DNA of 64,000 nucleotides from Candidatus Binatia bacterium (GCA_041483675.1 JBGPGE010000001.1:868-64867), one strand, 5' to 3'; positions 1 to 9,765 are shown, counted from the stretch's first letter. Notes: generated by a model from the sequence alone, not told the origin. Numbers and translations: made by a program.

Positions 1-1
1 G

Positions 2-361
2 GCCAAAGATCGCGTCGCCGGCATGGTCAAAAGGCGCGCACGAGAGATCGCCAAGGGGCGGGGTATCGCCGTCAAGATCCTGCCGATCCGGGCCGAAGAT
101 CCGGTGCCGCTGGATGAAAGCCTCCTGCCGGTGATCCGCGCGATCTGCGAGGAGAAAAACATTCCCTACGAGATCATGCCATCGGGCGCGGGCCACGACG
201 CGATGCAGCTGGCCAAGATCGCGCGCGCCGGCATGATTTTTATTCCGAGCAAAAAAGGCATCAGCCACAGCCCGCTGGAGTGGACCGCGCCGGAGGATAT
301 CTGTCTCGGCGCGCAGATTTTGCTCGAAACAATAGTGAAAGTCGCCTATGAAACACCATAA
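2..361 (+). CDS. M20-family Zn-dependent amidohydrolase (N-carbamoyl-amino-acid / allantoate amidohydrolase-like), 3' fragment; the 5' end lies outside the window
   Basis: Open frame runs from the window edge. C-terminal motifs SGAGHDA and MIFIPS..GISHSP are typical of the M20 carbamoylase family. Confidence 0.5.
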   Translation, partial: AKDRVAGMVKRRAREIAKGRGIAVKILPIRAEDPVPLDESLLPVIRAICEEKNIPYEIMPSGAGHDAMQLAKIARAGMIFIPSKKGISHSPLEWTAPEDICLGAQILLETIVKVAYETP

Positions 362-893
362 AGAGAAGAGCGTGCGCGTCCTGAACGCGCAAGAGATCAA
401 GAAGTGTCTGGAGCGCTTCTGCCGAGAGATGTCTAAGCGGCACGGAGACCCCACCCAGCTCGCATTCATCGGCATCCGAACCAGAGGCATCCACATCGCC
501 CGGCGGCTCGCCGCGACGATGAAGAAGCTCGGTGGCAAAGAGGTCCCGCTGGGCGAGATGGACATCACGCTCTACCGCGACGACCTGAACACACTGCTGC
601 CGGGCGGTAAGGTGGACAACACGCGGATTCCCTTCGACATCACGAACAAGACCATCATTCTCGTGGACGACGTTCTCAATACCGGCCGCACCGTGCGCGC
701 CGCCGTCGATCATCTGATCGACCTGGGGCGGCCGAAGGCGATCCACCTGGCCGTGCTGATCGACCGCGGCGGGCGCGAGCTGCCGATCGCCGCCGAGTAT
801 GTGGGCAAGAAGGTGAACCTTCCGGCGGGAGGCGACGTCAAGGTCAGATTGAAAGAGGTGGACAAGGTGGACGAGGTGATCATCAGCAGATAG
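348..893 (+). CDS. pyrR: Bifunctional pyrimidine operon regulator / uracil phosphoribosyltransferase PyrR
   Basis: 181 aa. Strong match to the PyrR pattern (GIRTRGIHIARRLA ... ILVDDVLNTGRTVRAA ... LAVLIDRGGRELPI). Confidence 0.85.
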   Translation: MKHHKEKSVRVLNAQEIKKCLERFCREMSKRHGDPTQLAFIGIRTRGIHIARRLAATMKKLGGKEVPLGEMDITLYRDDLNTLLPGGKVDNTRIPFDITNKTIILVDDVLNTGRTVRAAVDHLIDLGRPKAIHLAVLIDRGGRELPIAAEYVGKKVNLPAGGDVKVRLKEVDKVDEVIISR

Positions 894-1000
894 ATGATTC
901 ATCCCGCCAAGATGCCAGGATCGCAAAGAATGCTTGCCTGAGCGTGGTGAAGCACGGCCCTACTGGAATTTCCGGGCCGGATTGATTATATTCGGGCTGC

Positions 1001-2137
1001 ATGAAAAAAATCCCCTGCGCAATCTATCGCGGTGGCACGAGCAAGCCGATCTTTTTCCTGGAGAAAGATCTGCCCCGCGAGGCGAAGCAACGCGATGAAG
1101 TCGTTCTCGCCGCCTTCGGCAGCCCGGACTTGAGACAGATCGACGGCCTGGGCGGCGCCGATCCGCTGACCAGCAAGGTCGCCTACATCGGCCCGCCGAG
1201 CGTGCCTGACGCCGACATCGACTACACCTTCGGCTACGTCGGCATCGCCAACCCCGTGATCGACTACACCGGCAACTGCGGCAACACCTCCGCCGCCGTC
1301 GGGCCTTATGCCCTGCTGAAGGGTCTTATCGAGCCGCATGAGCCGGTGACCAAAGTCCGCATCTACAACACCAACACCAAAAAAATCATCGTCGCGGAAT
1401 TTTCGGTGCGCGACGGCGACTTCGTGAGCGAGGGGGATTTCCGCATCGACGGCGCTCCCGGCAGCGGCTCGAAAATCCTGCTTGACTTCCTCGACTCCGG
1501 CGGCGCGGTGACCGGGAAACTCCTGCCGACGGGAAAAGTCAGGGAGCAGGTCAAATTCCCCACCCTCGGCGCGCTGGAAGTCTCGATGGTGGACGCGGCC
1601 AACCCGTTCGTCTTCGTCAGAGCGACTGATCTCGGGCTCAAAGGCAACGAGACGCTCGAAGAGTTCGCCGGCAACGACGCGCTGCTCAAGAAATGCGAGG
1701 AGATCCGCTCCGTCGTCGCCGAGATCATGGGCATCGCGAAAAAAGAAGACGCCACGCGGCTAAGCCCCGGCGTGCCCAAGATCGCCGTCGTCGCTCCGCC
1801 GATGAGCTACCAGACTCCCAAGGGGAAGGTGGAGGCTTCGGAGATCGACGTCATCGCCCGCATGACGGCTCTGCAGAAGCTCCACAAAGCCTACGCCGTC
1901 ACCGGCGCGGTCTGTCTCGGCGCGGCGGCCAAGATCGACGGCACGATCGTCAACGAGATTTACCGTAAGGTCCAGCCGGGCAACCCGCCCGCCGTGCGAA
2001 TCGGCCACCCCTCCGGCACCATCCAGGTCGAGATCGAAACCGAGAAGCGTAACGGCGGCCTTATCCTCTCCAAAGCCGCCCTCACCCGCACCGCGCGCCT
2101 GCTGATGGACGGCTACGTGTACGTGCCGGAGCGATGA
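1001..2137 (+). CDS. prpF: PrpF/AcnD-accessory family isomerase (2-methylaconitate isomerase-like, DUF453)
   Basis: 378 aa. The N-terminal RGGTSKP motif and overall length match the PrpF family. Confidence 0.7.
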   Translation: MKKIPCAIYRGGTSKPIFFLEKDLPREAKQRDEVVLAAFGSPDLRQIDGLGGADPLTSKVAYIGPPSVPDADIDYTFGYVGIANPVIDYTGNCGNTSAAVGPYALLKGLIEPHEPVTKVRIYNTNTKKIIVAEFSVRDGDFVSEGDFRIDGAPGSGSKILLDFLDSGGAVTGKLLPTGKVREQVKFPTLGALEVSMVDAANPFVFVRATDLGLKGNETLEEFAGNDALLKKCEEIRSVVAEIMGIAKKEDATRLSPGVPKIAVVAPPMSYQTPKGKVEASEIDVIARMTALQKLHKAYAVTGAVCLGAAAKIDGTIVNEIYRKVQPGNPPAVRIGHPSGTIQVEIETEKRNGGLILSKAALTRTARLLMDGYVYVPER

Positions 2138-2279
2138 CCCGCGCGTCTTCGCGCGCCTCCCGCCTGTCCTGAGCCCAGTCGAAGGGCACCTCGCATTCTG
2201 ACTTGACTTCCCTACGCTCGGCGAACGATACTGAAACGCAGACCGGGCCGAACACCGGTTGCTCCGGCCTCCGTAATTT

Positions 2280-5018
2280 ATGGAAAAGCCGCTGCGTATT
2301 CTCCATCTCGAGGATAGTCCGGGCGATGCCGAGCTGGTCAAGGCGACGCTCGAAGCCGACGATATCCCCTGCCACGTCGTGCGGGCCGCGACGCGCGCGG
2401 AATTTCTGAGCGCGCTCGAACAAGGGAACTTCGACCTGATCCTCGCGGACTATTCCCTGCCTCAGTTCGACGGCGGCGCCGCGCTGGCCATCGCGCGGGA
2501 GAAATATCCGAGCCTGCCCTTCATCCTCGTCTCCGGGAGCATCGGCGAGGAAACCGCGGTGGAATCGCTCAGACGAGGCGCGACCGATTATGTCATCAAA
2601 AACCGGCTGTCCCGCCTCCCCTCCCGAGTGCGCCGCGCGATGCGCGAAGCGGAGGAGCGGGCGAGGCGCGCCCGGTCGGAGGAAGCGCTCCTCGTCAGAG
2701 TCCAGGAGTTGGAGATCCTCCGCGAGGTCAGCCAGACGGTTTTAAACTCCCCCGACCTGAAGACGACCCTCGACAGCGTCCTGGACAAGACTCTCGCGCT
2801 CGGCGGCTTTGAGGTTGGAATCTTCCGCCTTGTCGATCCGGCCACCAAAATCCTGCCGGCGGTCTCGGTCCGGGGATTCAAGGACTCGGCTAACGTAAAC
2901 CTCAAAAGCGCCGACCCGCAAAGCGCGGCAGTAAGCCACGCGGTGACCCAAGCGATGAGCCGCAAAGACGCCTACGTGATCGAAGATGTCCCCCGGCACC
3001 CGGGGCTCAGAGCGCTTAAGAAGGAAGCCATTCAGTCCGCGATCATCTTGCCGGTTTGGGCCGCAGAGAAGGTGCTGGGGGCGATACAGCTCGGCAGCCG
3101 GCAGCCCCGCAAGTTTCACCCCGACGAGATCCATCTCCTGGAAACGCTGGCGAGTCAGATGGGACTTGCGGTGCAAAAGGCGCTTCTTCTCGAAGAGGCC
3201 GATCGCCGGCGCAAACACGCCGAGGCGGTGCGAGAGATCGGCCTCACGCTCACCTCCACGCACGACCCGCAGCAGGTATTGGAGCGCGTCGCCGAGGAGG
3301 CGCGCCGCCTGGTCAACGCGATGTTCGCCTACGTGGTCACGCCGGCTAAACCCTTCTACCGTTTCGCCGCCGTAGCCGGAGACGATCGGGGCTACAAAAA
3401 CGTGCTGAAGCTGTCGGACGATCCGGCCTCTCCCTACGGCGGCGGGCCTCTTGGACGCGCCATTCGCGCTCTGCGACCGGCGATCTGCGAAGACGTGCAA
3501 AACGATCCGCTCTTCCGAGCCTGGAGCGACATCGCTTCCAAACACGGCATTCACTCTCTCGTGGCCGTGCCCATCGTGGTTCAAGAGAAGCCCTACGGGG
3601 CGCTCATCACTTATGCCCCCGTGACCCGGGCCTATGACAACGAAACGATCAACCTCTTGAGTTCTCTCGCGGCGCAAGCCGGAGTCGCCCTGGAAAACGC
3701 CCACCTGTTCCAAGAGACTCAGCGGAGTCTGGAGCGATTCCGCGCGCTCCACGAAATCGAGATGGCGATCACGTCGACCCTGGACCGACGGGCGGTATTG
3801 AATATTCTGCTGGAGAAAATCGAGCTGTCCTTGCCCTATGCCGCCGCGACGGTCCGACTCTACAACAAGGAGAGCGGCCTGTTGGAGCCCGAGGCTTGCC
3901 GCAATCTCGACGAGAAGGAGTGGCGGGCCGGAGATTGGCGGGGCGGGCGCGGCTCGGCCAATCTGGTGTTCGAAACCAAGGCCCCCATGACGGTTCTCAA
4001 TATCTCAGCCGACACGCGCGTCCACGACCGCCCGTTTTTCAGCAAATATGAACTCGTCTCTTTCCTGGGAGTCCCGCTCATCTCCAAGGGTGAATGCCTC
4101 GGCGTGTTGTCGGTTTACACGAGAGCGGAACACGAATTCGCTCCCGATGAAGTCGAGTATCTCACCGCGTTGGCCGGCCAGGCGGCCATCGCCATCGACA
4201 ACGCCCAGCTTTACGAGCGAAGCAAGCGCCAGGCGATCGATCTCGCGAAATCCAACAGGGTCAAGGACGAATTCCTGAGCGTCATGTCTCACGAGCTGAG
4301 GACTCCGCTCAACGTCGTCATGGGATATGCCGGCATGATGCGCGACGGGATACTGGGACCGGTCAGCCCGGAGCAGGAAAGCGCTCTTGAGAAAGTGCTC
4401 AACCGGGCGAACGACCAGTTGACGATGGTCAACAGCATTCTCTACGCAACGAGCATCGAGACACAAAAGATTCCCGTGCGGTACGAGCCGATCTCGCTCA
4501 AAGCTTTCTTCGACGAGCTGAGAGCGGGATACGGTCTGCCCGGCGACAAACCGCTCGCCTTCCGCTGGGATTATCCCGCCGACGCGCCGCCGATCCTGAC
4601 CGATCCGGACAAACTCAAGCACATCCTGCAGAACCTGATCAACAACGCCGTCAAGTTCACGGATGAGGGAAGCATTACGATCACCGCCCGGCTGGGAAGT
4701 AGGAATCAGGAATCAGGCATTGGGGCCGCTCCCCAACCCCCAATTCCCAATCCCAAATCCCTAACTCCCAATTCCCGGCGCTGGGTGGAGGTGGAGGTAA
4801 AAGACACCGGCGTCGGAATTCCCGCGGAGCAACTCTCCCGGATCTTCGATAAATTCCATCAGGTCGACAGTTCCGAGACGCGGCTCTTCAGCGGCATCGG
4901 ACTCGGGCTCTACCTGGTCAAACAATTCACCGAGCTTCTGAAGGGAACGGTCGAAGTGGAGAGCGAACTCGACAAGGGCACAACCTTCACCGTGACGATA
5001 CCGATTCCCCTCTCTTGA
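2280..5018 (+). CDS. Hybrid sensor histidine kinase: N-terminal REC, tandem GAF domains, HisKA and HATPase_c
   Basis: REC motifs (LHLEDSPGD ... DLILADYSLP ... K), GAF-like repeats, an H-box (SHELRTPLN), and N/G boxes in the C terminus. A heptamer-repeat-encoded insertion sits in the ATP lid. Confidence 0.85.
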   Translation: MEKPLRILHLEDSPGDAELVKATLEADDIPCHVVRAATRAEFLSALEQGNFDLILADYSLPQFDGGAALAIAREKYPSLPFILVSGSIGEETAVESLRRGATDYVIKNRLSRLPSRVRRAMREAEERARRARSEEALLVRVQELEILREVSQTVLNSPDLKTTLDSVLDKTLALGGFEVGIFRLVDPATKILPAVSVRGFKDSANVNLKSADPQSAAVSHAVTQAMSRKDAYVIEDVPRHPGLRALKKEAIQSAIILPVWAAEKVLGAIQLGSRQPRKFHPDEIHLLETLASQMGLAVQKALLLEEADRRRKHAEAVREIGLTLTSTHDPQQVLERVAEEARRLVNAMFAYVVTPAKPFYRFAAVAGDDRGYKNVLKLSDDPASPYGGGPLGRAIRALRPAICEDVQNDPLFRAWSDIASKHGIHSLVAVPIVVQEKPYGALITYAPVTRAYDNETINLLSSLAAQAGVALENAHLFQETQRSLERFRALHEIEMAITSTLDRRAVLNILLEKIELSLPYAAATVRLYNKESGLLEPEACRNLDEKEWRAGDWRGGRGSANLVFETKAPMTVLNISADTRVHDRPFFSKYELVSFLGVPLISKGECLGVLSVYTRAEHEFAPDEVEYLTALAGQAAIAIDNAQLYERSKRQAIDLAKSNRVKDEFLSVMSHELRTPLNVVMGYAGMMRDGILGPVSPEQESALEKVLNRANDQLTMVNSILYATSIETQKIPVRYEPISLKAFFDELRAGYGLPGDKPLAFRWDYPADAPPILTDPDKLKHILQNLINNAVKFTDEGSITITARLGSRNQESGIGAAPQPPIPNPKSLTPNSRRWVEVEVKDTGVGIPAEQLSRIFDKFHQVDSSETRLFSGIGLGLYLVKQFTELLKGTVEVESELDKGTTFTVTIPIPLS
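4701..4776. repeat. Degenerate heptanucleotide tandem array (aggaatc x2; cccaatt-like x5) inside the HK catalytic domain
   Basis: The 7-bp periodic repeats are visible directly. They encode the low-complexity segment SRNQESGIGAAPQPPIPNPKSLTPNSRRW. Confidence 0.7.
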
Positions 5019-5081
5019 CACCGATTTCCCCCACCGATAGCCTACCGGTCAAGATTTTACCGCCATAAACGGGAGGGTTTT

Positions 5082-6392
5082 ATGAGACGATCCCTGTTCA
5101 CGCTGCTTACGCTCCTCGTCCTGGCAACCGTCGCCGTTGCCAAGGAGGTCGTGATCGTGACCTCCTTTCCTAAAGAGCTTTTCGAAGGGTATAAAAAGGC
5201 CTTTGAGGCGAAAAATCCCGGCATCACCGTCGTCATCAACAGCAAGCAGACCAACGCCGGCGTAACCTATCTCCGCGAGACCCGGAGCAAGCCCGAAGCG
5301 GACATCTTCTGGGTGAGCGCCCCTGACGCCTTCCAGACGCTCAAGACCGACGGCCTGCTGGAAAAATATTCGCCGCCCAAAGAGATCATGGCGAAGATCC
5401 CGGCCAAGATCGGCACGTTCCCGATCCACGACGCCGATGGGACCTACTTCGGATTCGCGGTGAGCGGCTACGGCCTGATGTGGAACCGCAACTATCTCCA
5501 GGCCCACAAGCTGCCCGCGCCCAAGGAGTGGACCGACCTGGCGAATTCAAAGTATTTCAATCACCTCGTCATCAGCGCACCGTCGCGCAGCGGCACGACT
5601 CACCTGACCGTCGAAGTGATTCTCCAGGCCTACGGCTGGGAGAAAGGCTGGGCGCTCTTGCTCAACTCCGGCGGCAACATGGGAGCGATCACCGAGCGCA
5701 GCTTCGGCGTCCCGGAGGCGGTCGTCACCGGGCAGTATGGCATCGGCGTGGTGATCGACTTCTTCGGCCTCTCGGCTATCGCGAGCGGCCAGCCCGTCGA
5801 CTTCGTTTATCCGTCGCTCACCTCGGTCGTTCCGGCGAGCGTGGGAATCGTCAAAGGCGGGCCGAACCCGGACAACGCTAAAGCGTTTGTGAACTATCTG
5901 TTGAGCGAAGCGGGACAGATGGTGCTGTTCTCTCCAGACATCGCCCGGCTGCCGGTGCTCCCCGACCTCTATGCCAAAGCGCCGAAAAATTATCCCAACC
6001 CGTTTACCACGAAGCTCGGCGGCGTCGATTTCAACGACGCGCTCTCCTCCGCCCGGCGCGACGTGGTGATCTCGCTGTTCGATCATGTCATCACGTTCCG
6101 CCACGCGGAGCTAAAAGCGGCCTGGGAAAGCATCTATAAGGCCGAGGAGGCGGTTGGCAAGGCCAAAGGGCGGGACCTGGCGCAGGCGCAGAGTCTCATC
6201 GCCGAGGCGAGAAAGGCGGCCTCCCAACCGCCGATCGACGAAAAGAAGGCGAGCGACAAAGACGTGACGGGCGCGTTCAAGTCTAAGTCAGGGCTCAAGG
6301 CGCAACTGGAAATCGAGTGGGAGAACTTCGCCAGAGCGAACTATGCGAAAGCAAAAGAATTGGCGAACAAGGCGCTCGCCCTGGCGCGATAA
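5082..6392 (+). CDS. ABC transporter periplasmic substrate-binding protein (Fe3+/thiamine/polyamine SBP family) with a C-terminal coiled-coil extension
   Basis: Signal peptide (LLTLLVLATVAVA) and a family-1 SBP-like core. An extra ~110 aa Lys/Ala/Glu-rich helical tail follows the core. Confidence 0.75.
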   Translation: MRRSLFTLLTLLVLATVAVAKEVVIVTSFPKELFEGYKKAFEAKNPGITVVINSKQTNAGVTYLRETRSKPEADIFWVSAPDAFQTLKTDGLLEKYSPPKEIMAKIPAKIGTFPIHDADGTYFGFAVSGYGLMWNRNYLQAHKLPAPKEWTDLANSKYFNHLVISAPSRSGTTHLTVEVILQAYGWEKGWALLLNSGGNMGAITERSFGVPEAVVTGQYGIGVVIDFFGLSAIASGQPVDFVYPSLTSVVPASVGIVKGGPNPDNAKAFVNYLLSEAGQMVLFSPDIARLPVLPDLYAKAPKNYPNPFTTKLGGVDFNDALSSARRDVVISLFDHVITFRHAELKAAWESIYKAEEAVGKAKGRDLAQAQSLIAEARKAASQPPIDEKKASDKDVTGAFKSKSGLKAQLEIEWENFARANYAKAKELANKALALAR

Positions 6393-6404
6393 CTCAAGGC
6401 TCAG

Positions 6405-6462
6405 AATTTTAGATTTTCGATTGCCGATTTCCGATTAATCTAAAATCTAAAATCGAAAATCG
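6405..6462. repeat. Heptamer-periodic inverted array (gattttc ... / ... taaaatc units) between the SBP and permease genes
   Basis: The 7-bp units GATTNNN forward and AATCNAA reverse give an imperfect palindrome. It lies in the 77-bp spacer. Confidence 0.6.
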
Positions 6463-6469
6463 GTGGCGC

Positions 6470-8149
6470 ATGAGGATGAGGCGGGGCGTAGACTGGCGGC
6501 AGGGCTCTCTCATGTGGGCGCTGCTCGCCCTGCTGGGAATTTTCATCCTCTACCCGGTGGGGCGCGTGCTGTGGGTCGCGCTGTCCGACGATCAAGGACG
6601 CCTCACGCTCCTCCACTTCGGCAACTTTTTCCGCCGCCCTTTGTTCCGCGAAGCTCTGTGGAACAGCCTGCTGAGCGGTGTTTTGGTTGTCTTGTTCGGC
6701 AGCCTGATCGCCGTGCCGCTCGCCTATATCGGCGCGCGCTACGAATTTCGCGGCAAGATCGCGCTGCAAACTCTCTCCACCCTACCGCTGGTGATCCCGC
6801 CGTTCGTCGGCGCCGTGGCGTTGCAGATGATCCTGGGGCGGAGCGGCATGGTCAATCTCCTGCTCATGCGCTGGTTCGACGCCAGCATCCCGTTCATGGA
6901 AGGCATGACCGGAGTCGTCCTGGTGCAGACGCTCCACTTTTTTCCCTTCATCATGCTCAACACCGCAGTCTCGCTCGCCAACATCGAGGCTTCCCTCGAA
7001 GAGGCGGCGGAGAATATGGGCTGCCACGGCTGGCGGCTGTTCCGCCGCGTCACGCTGCCGCTGATGCTTCCCGGCTACATCGCCGGCTCGCTCATCGCCT
7101 TTATCCGCGTGATCGACGATCTCGGCACGCCGCTCATGCTCAACTTCAAAAATCTGCTCGCGGCGCAGGCCTATCTGCGCATCACGACCATCGGTATCGA
7201 CGACGTCGACGGCTACGTCATCTGCGTGGTGCTCGTCGTGCTCTCGCTCGCCTCGCTGTTCGGCGCGCGGAAATATCTCGCCGTCGCAGAATATGCGACC
7301 GTCCAGCGCGGCGCGCCCGTGTCACGACGCCTCAGCGGGAAAAAGCGCGCCTGGGTCCTGCTCTTCATCGGGCTGGCTTTGGGCGTGAGTCTCCTGCCCC
7401 ACATCGGCATCGTGATCCTCTCCTTCGCCAAGATCTGGAGCTTTTCGATTTTACCGACTGTTTACACCCTGGACAATTACGTGGAGATTCTCTTTCGCGT
7501 CCCGCACTTCGTGAAAAACACCCTGCTCTACACCCTGATCGCCGCCGGATTGGACGTGCTGCTCGGCGCGGCGATCGCCTTCCTCCTGGTGCGCAGCCGG
7601 CTTAGGGGAAGAAATCTGCTGGACGCCATCGCCACGCTGCCGCTGGCCATCCCCGGCGTCGTCCTCGCCGTGGGCTTTATCCGGGTCTTTCACGGCTGGG
7701 ACTTTCCGGGAATCGGCCGGCCGCTCACGTCGAGCTGGATCATTTTGGTGATCGCTTACACGGTGCGCCGCCTTCCTTACACCGTGCGCGCGAGCTACGC
7801 CGCCTTGCAGCAGGTGCATGTGAGTCTCGAAGAGGCGGCGCAGAGCCTCGGCGCCAATCGCTTCAAGACCTACTGGAAGGTCACCGTGCCGCTGATCGCC
7901 GGCGGGCTGGTGGCGGGCGGTCTGATCGCTTTCGTCACCTCGTGCGTCGAGCTGGCCTCCACGATCATGCTGGTGCCGCGCATCGAGCTGGGGCCGATCT
8001 CCTATGGAATTTACATCTACATGCAAAGCCCGCTCGGGCGCAGCGCGGGCGCGGCGCTCGGCGTCGTCGCGATCGTGCTCGTCGGGGTCGGGACGTATCT
8101 CACCCACCGAGTCTTCGCCGGCCGCGCCGGAACCGCGTTTAGGGTGTAG
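6470..8149 (+). CDS. ABC transporter permease, fused two-domain (FbpB/ThiP-like)
   Basis: 559 aa with two repeats of the hydrophobic ABC TMD, as in fused iron(III)/thiamine permeases. Confidence 0.8.
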   Translation: MRMRRGVDWRQGSLMWALLALLGIFILYPVGRVLWVALSDDQGRLTLLHFGNFFRRPLFREALWNSLLSGVLVVLFGSLIAVPLAYIGARYEFRGKIALQTLSTLPLVIPPFVGAVALQMILGRSGMVNLLLMRWFDASIPFMEGMTGVVLVQTLHFFPFIMLNTAVSLANIEASLEEAAENMGCHGWRLFRRVTLPLMLPGYIAGSLIAFIRVIDDLGTPLMLNFKNLLAAQAYLRITTIGIDDVDGYVICVVLVVLSLASLFGARKYLAVAEYATVQRGAPVSRRLSGKKRAWVLLFIGLALGVSLLPHIGIVILSFAKIWSFSILPTVYTLDNYVEILFRVPHFVKNTLLYTLIAAGLDVLLGAAIAFLLVRSRLRGRNLLDAIATLPLAIPGVVLAVGFIRVFHGWDFPGIGRPLTSSWIILVIAYTVRRLPYTVRASYAALQQVHVSLEEAAQSLGANRFKTYWKVTVPLIAGGLVAGGLIAFVTSCVELASTIMLVPRIELGPISYGIYIYMQSPLGRSAGAALGVVAIVLVGVGTYLTHRVFAGRAGTAFRV

Positions 8150-8154
8150 CCACC

Positions 8155-9264
8155 ATGAAGCCCGCTCAGGTTAAATTGGAAAATATCGGCAAGCGCTACG
8201 GCGAGCAGTGGGTCGTGCGCGGCGTCACGCTCCAGATCGAGCGCGGCGAGTTCTACACTTTTCTCGGGCCGAGCGGCTGCGGCAAGACCACGCTGCTGAG
8301 AACGATTGCCGGCTTCGTCGCGCCGGACGAAGGCGTCGTTTACCTCGACGGGGAGCCGGTGACCGATGTCCCGCCGTGGAAGCGCGACGTCGGAATGGTA
8401 TTTCAAAACTACGCGCTCTGGCCGCACCTGACGGTCTTTGAAAATGTCGCCTTCGGCCTGCGCGAGCGCCGCGCGGCGCGCGAAGAGATCGCCGAGAAGG
8501 TCAAGCTCGCGCTCGAACAGGTGGACCTCAAAACCACGGCGGACCGGAGGCCGTCGCAGCTCTCCGGCGGCCAGCAGCAGCGCGTCGCCCTCGCCCGCAC
8601 GCTGGTGATTCAACCCAGAGTGCTGCTCCTGGACGAGCCGCTCAGCAACCTCGACGCGAAGCTGCGCGCCGAAATGCGCCTCGAGCTGCTGAAGCTCCAG
8701 CGCGATCTCGGCATCACGACGATCTATGTGACGCACGACCAGGAGGAGGCGCTGGCGCTGTCCACGCGCATCGCGGTGATGGACCGGGGAAGCATCGTGC
8801 AGGAGGGCGCGCCGCGGGAAATCTACGAGCAGCCGCGCGGCCCGTTTGTCGCCGCGTTTGTGGGAAAGTCCAATCTATTTGAAGGCAGCGTCACGCGCGT
8901 GGACGGTCGAGCGGCGGAGATCGAGACTCTAGAAGGCATTCGCATGACCGCCGCTCTGGGGCCGCTCCTACCGTCTTCGCCGGCGCGTGGAGCGCGGGTG
9001 GCGCTGAACATCCGCCCGGAGGCGATTGCCGTGGTCAGGCCCGACGACGCCACGCCCTTCTCCAACCGGCTGCCGGGCAAGGTGCTCGCCTCGGCCTATC
9101 AAGGCTCGCTTGTCGAGTATGAGATCGAATGTTCCGGCAGGTCGATCAAAGCCAACGTGATCAATCCCAAAGGAAAGCCGCTGTTTCACCGCGGCGACGA
9201 AGTGGCGATGGTTTTCGCTCCGGAAGATGTGCTGATAATCAAGACGGAGTCGCCGATCGCTTAG
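8155..9264 (+). CDS. ABC transporter ATP-binding protein (PotA/FbpC-like with C-terminal TOBE domain)
   Basis: Walker A (GPSGCGKTT), signature (LSGGQQQRVALAR) and Walker B (LLLDEPLS), plus a C-terminal TOBE-like domain. It follows the permease with a 6-nt gap. Confidence 0.9.
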   Translation: MKPAQVKLENIGKRYGEQWVVRGVTLQIERGEFYTFLGPSGCGKTTLLRTIAGFVAPDEGVVYLDGEPVTDVPPWKRDVGMVFQNYALWPHLTVFENVAFGLRERRAAREEIAEKVKLALEQVDLKTTADRRPSQLSGGQQQRVALARTLVIQPRVLLLDEPLSNLDAKLRAEMRLELLKLQRDLGITTIYVTHDQEEALALSTRIAVMDRGSIVQEGAPREIYEQPRGPFVAAFVGKSNLFEGSVTRVDGRAAEIETLEGIRMTAALGPLLPSSPARGARVALNIRPEAIAVVRPDDATPFSNRLPGKVLASAYQGSLVEYEIECSGRSIKANVINPKGKPLFHRGDEVAMVFAPEDVLIIKTESPIA

Positions 9265-9275
9265 CTTCGCAAACA

Positions 9276-9320
9276 CCCTCACCCCTACCCTCTCCCTCTG
9301 GGAGAGGGCGAGGGTGAGGG
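9276..9320. terminator. REP-like double hairpin (CCCTCACCC..CCCTCTCCC-TCT-GGGAGAGGG..GGGTGAGGG) between convergent genes
   Basis: Two perfect 9-bp stem segments. It sits between the ABC ATPase stop (9264) and the minus-strand REC gene stop (9358). A second copy is at 51687-51731. Confidence 0.6.
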
Positions 9321-9357
9321 AAAATTCGGGCGACGGGAAGCTGGTGGGGCTGTTGGT

Positions 9358-9732
9358 TTAGCCGAAATATTTCCGCAGCAGGTTTTGCAGGCTGGTGTCC
9401 TCGGTGACCGGCTTCGGGAGAAAATCGTTGCAGCCGATCGCCAGCGCTCTCCTTCTATCCTCTTCCCTCGATTGGGCGGAGACCACGACGATGGGCACCG
9501 CGCTCGCCCATTCGGTCCGGCGCAGCTCCTCCATCGCCTGATAGCCGTCCATCACCGGCATGCGGAGGTCCATGAAGATAAGGTCGGGGCGGGCGTCGGC
9601 GGCGACCTCAAGCGCCTCCTTCCCGTCCCCCGCGGTGAAAATCGAGAAATCCCCCAGCCGTTTGAGACGGGCGGCGAGAATTTCGCGATTGTCTTCGTTG
9701 TCTTCGACAACGAGAATTTTTTTTGGGGCCAT
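9358..9732 (-). CDS. Single-domain response regulator receiver (CheY-like)
   Basis: 124 aa with the D-D ... D ... K REC pattern (ILVVEDNEDN ... LIFMDLRMP ... KP). Confidence 0.85.
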   Translation of the reverse strand: MAPKKILVVEDNEDNREILAARLKRLGDFSIFTAGDGKEALEVAADARPDLIFMDLRMPVMDGYQAMEELRRTEWASAVPIVVVSAQSREEDRRRALAIGCNDFLPKPVTEDTSLQNLLRKYFG

Positions 9733-9765
9733 AAGCGGCGCTGCGGGATCTGCTTCGAAAGCGTC

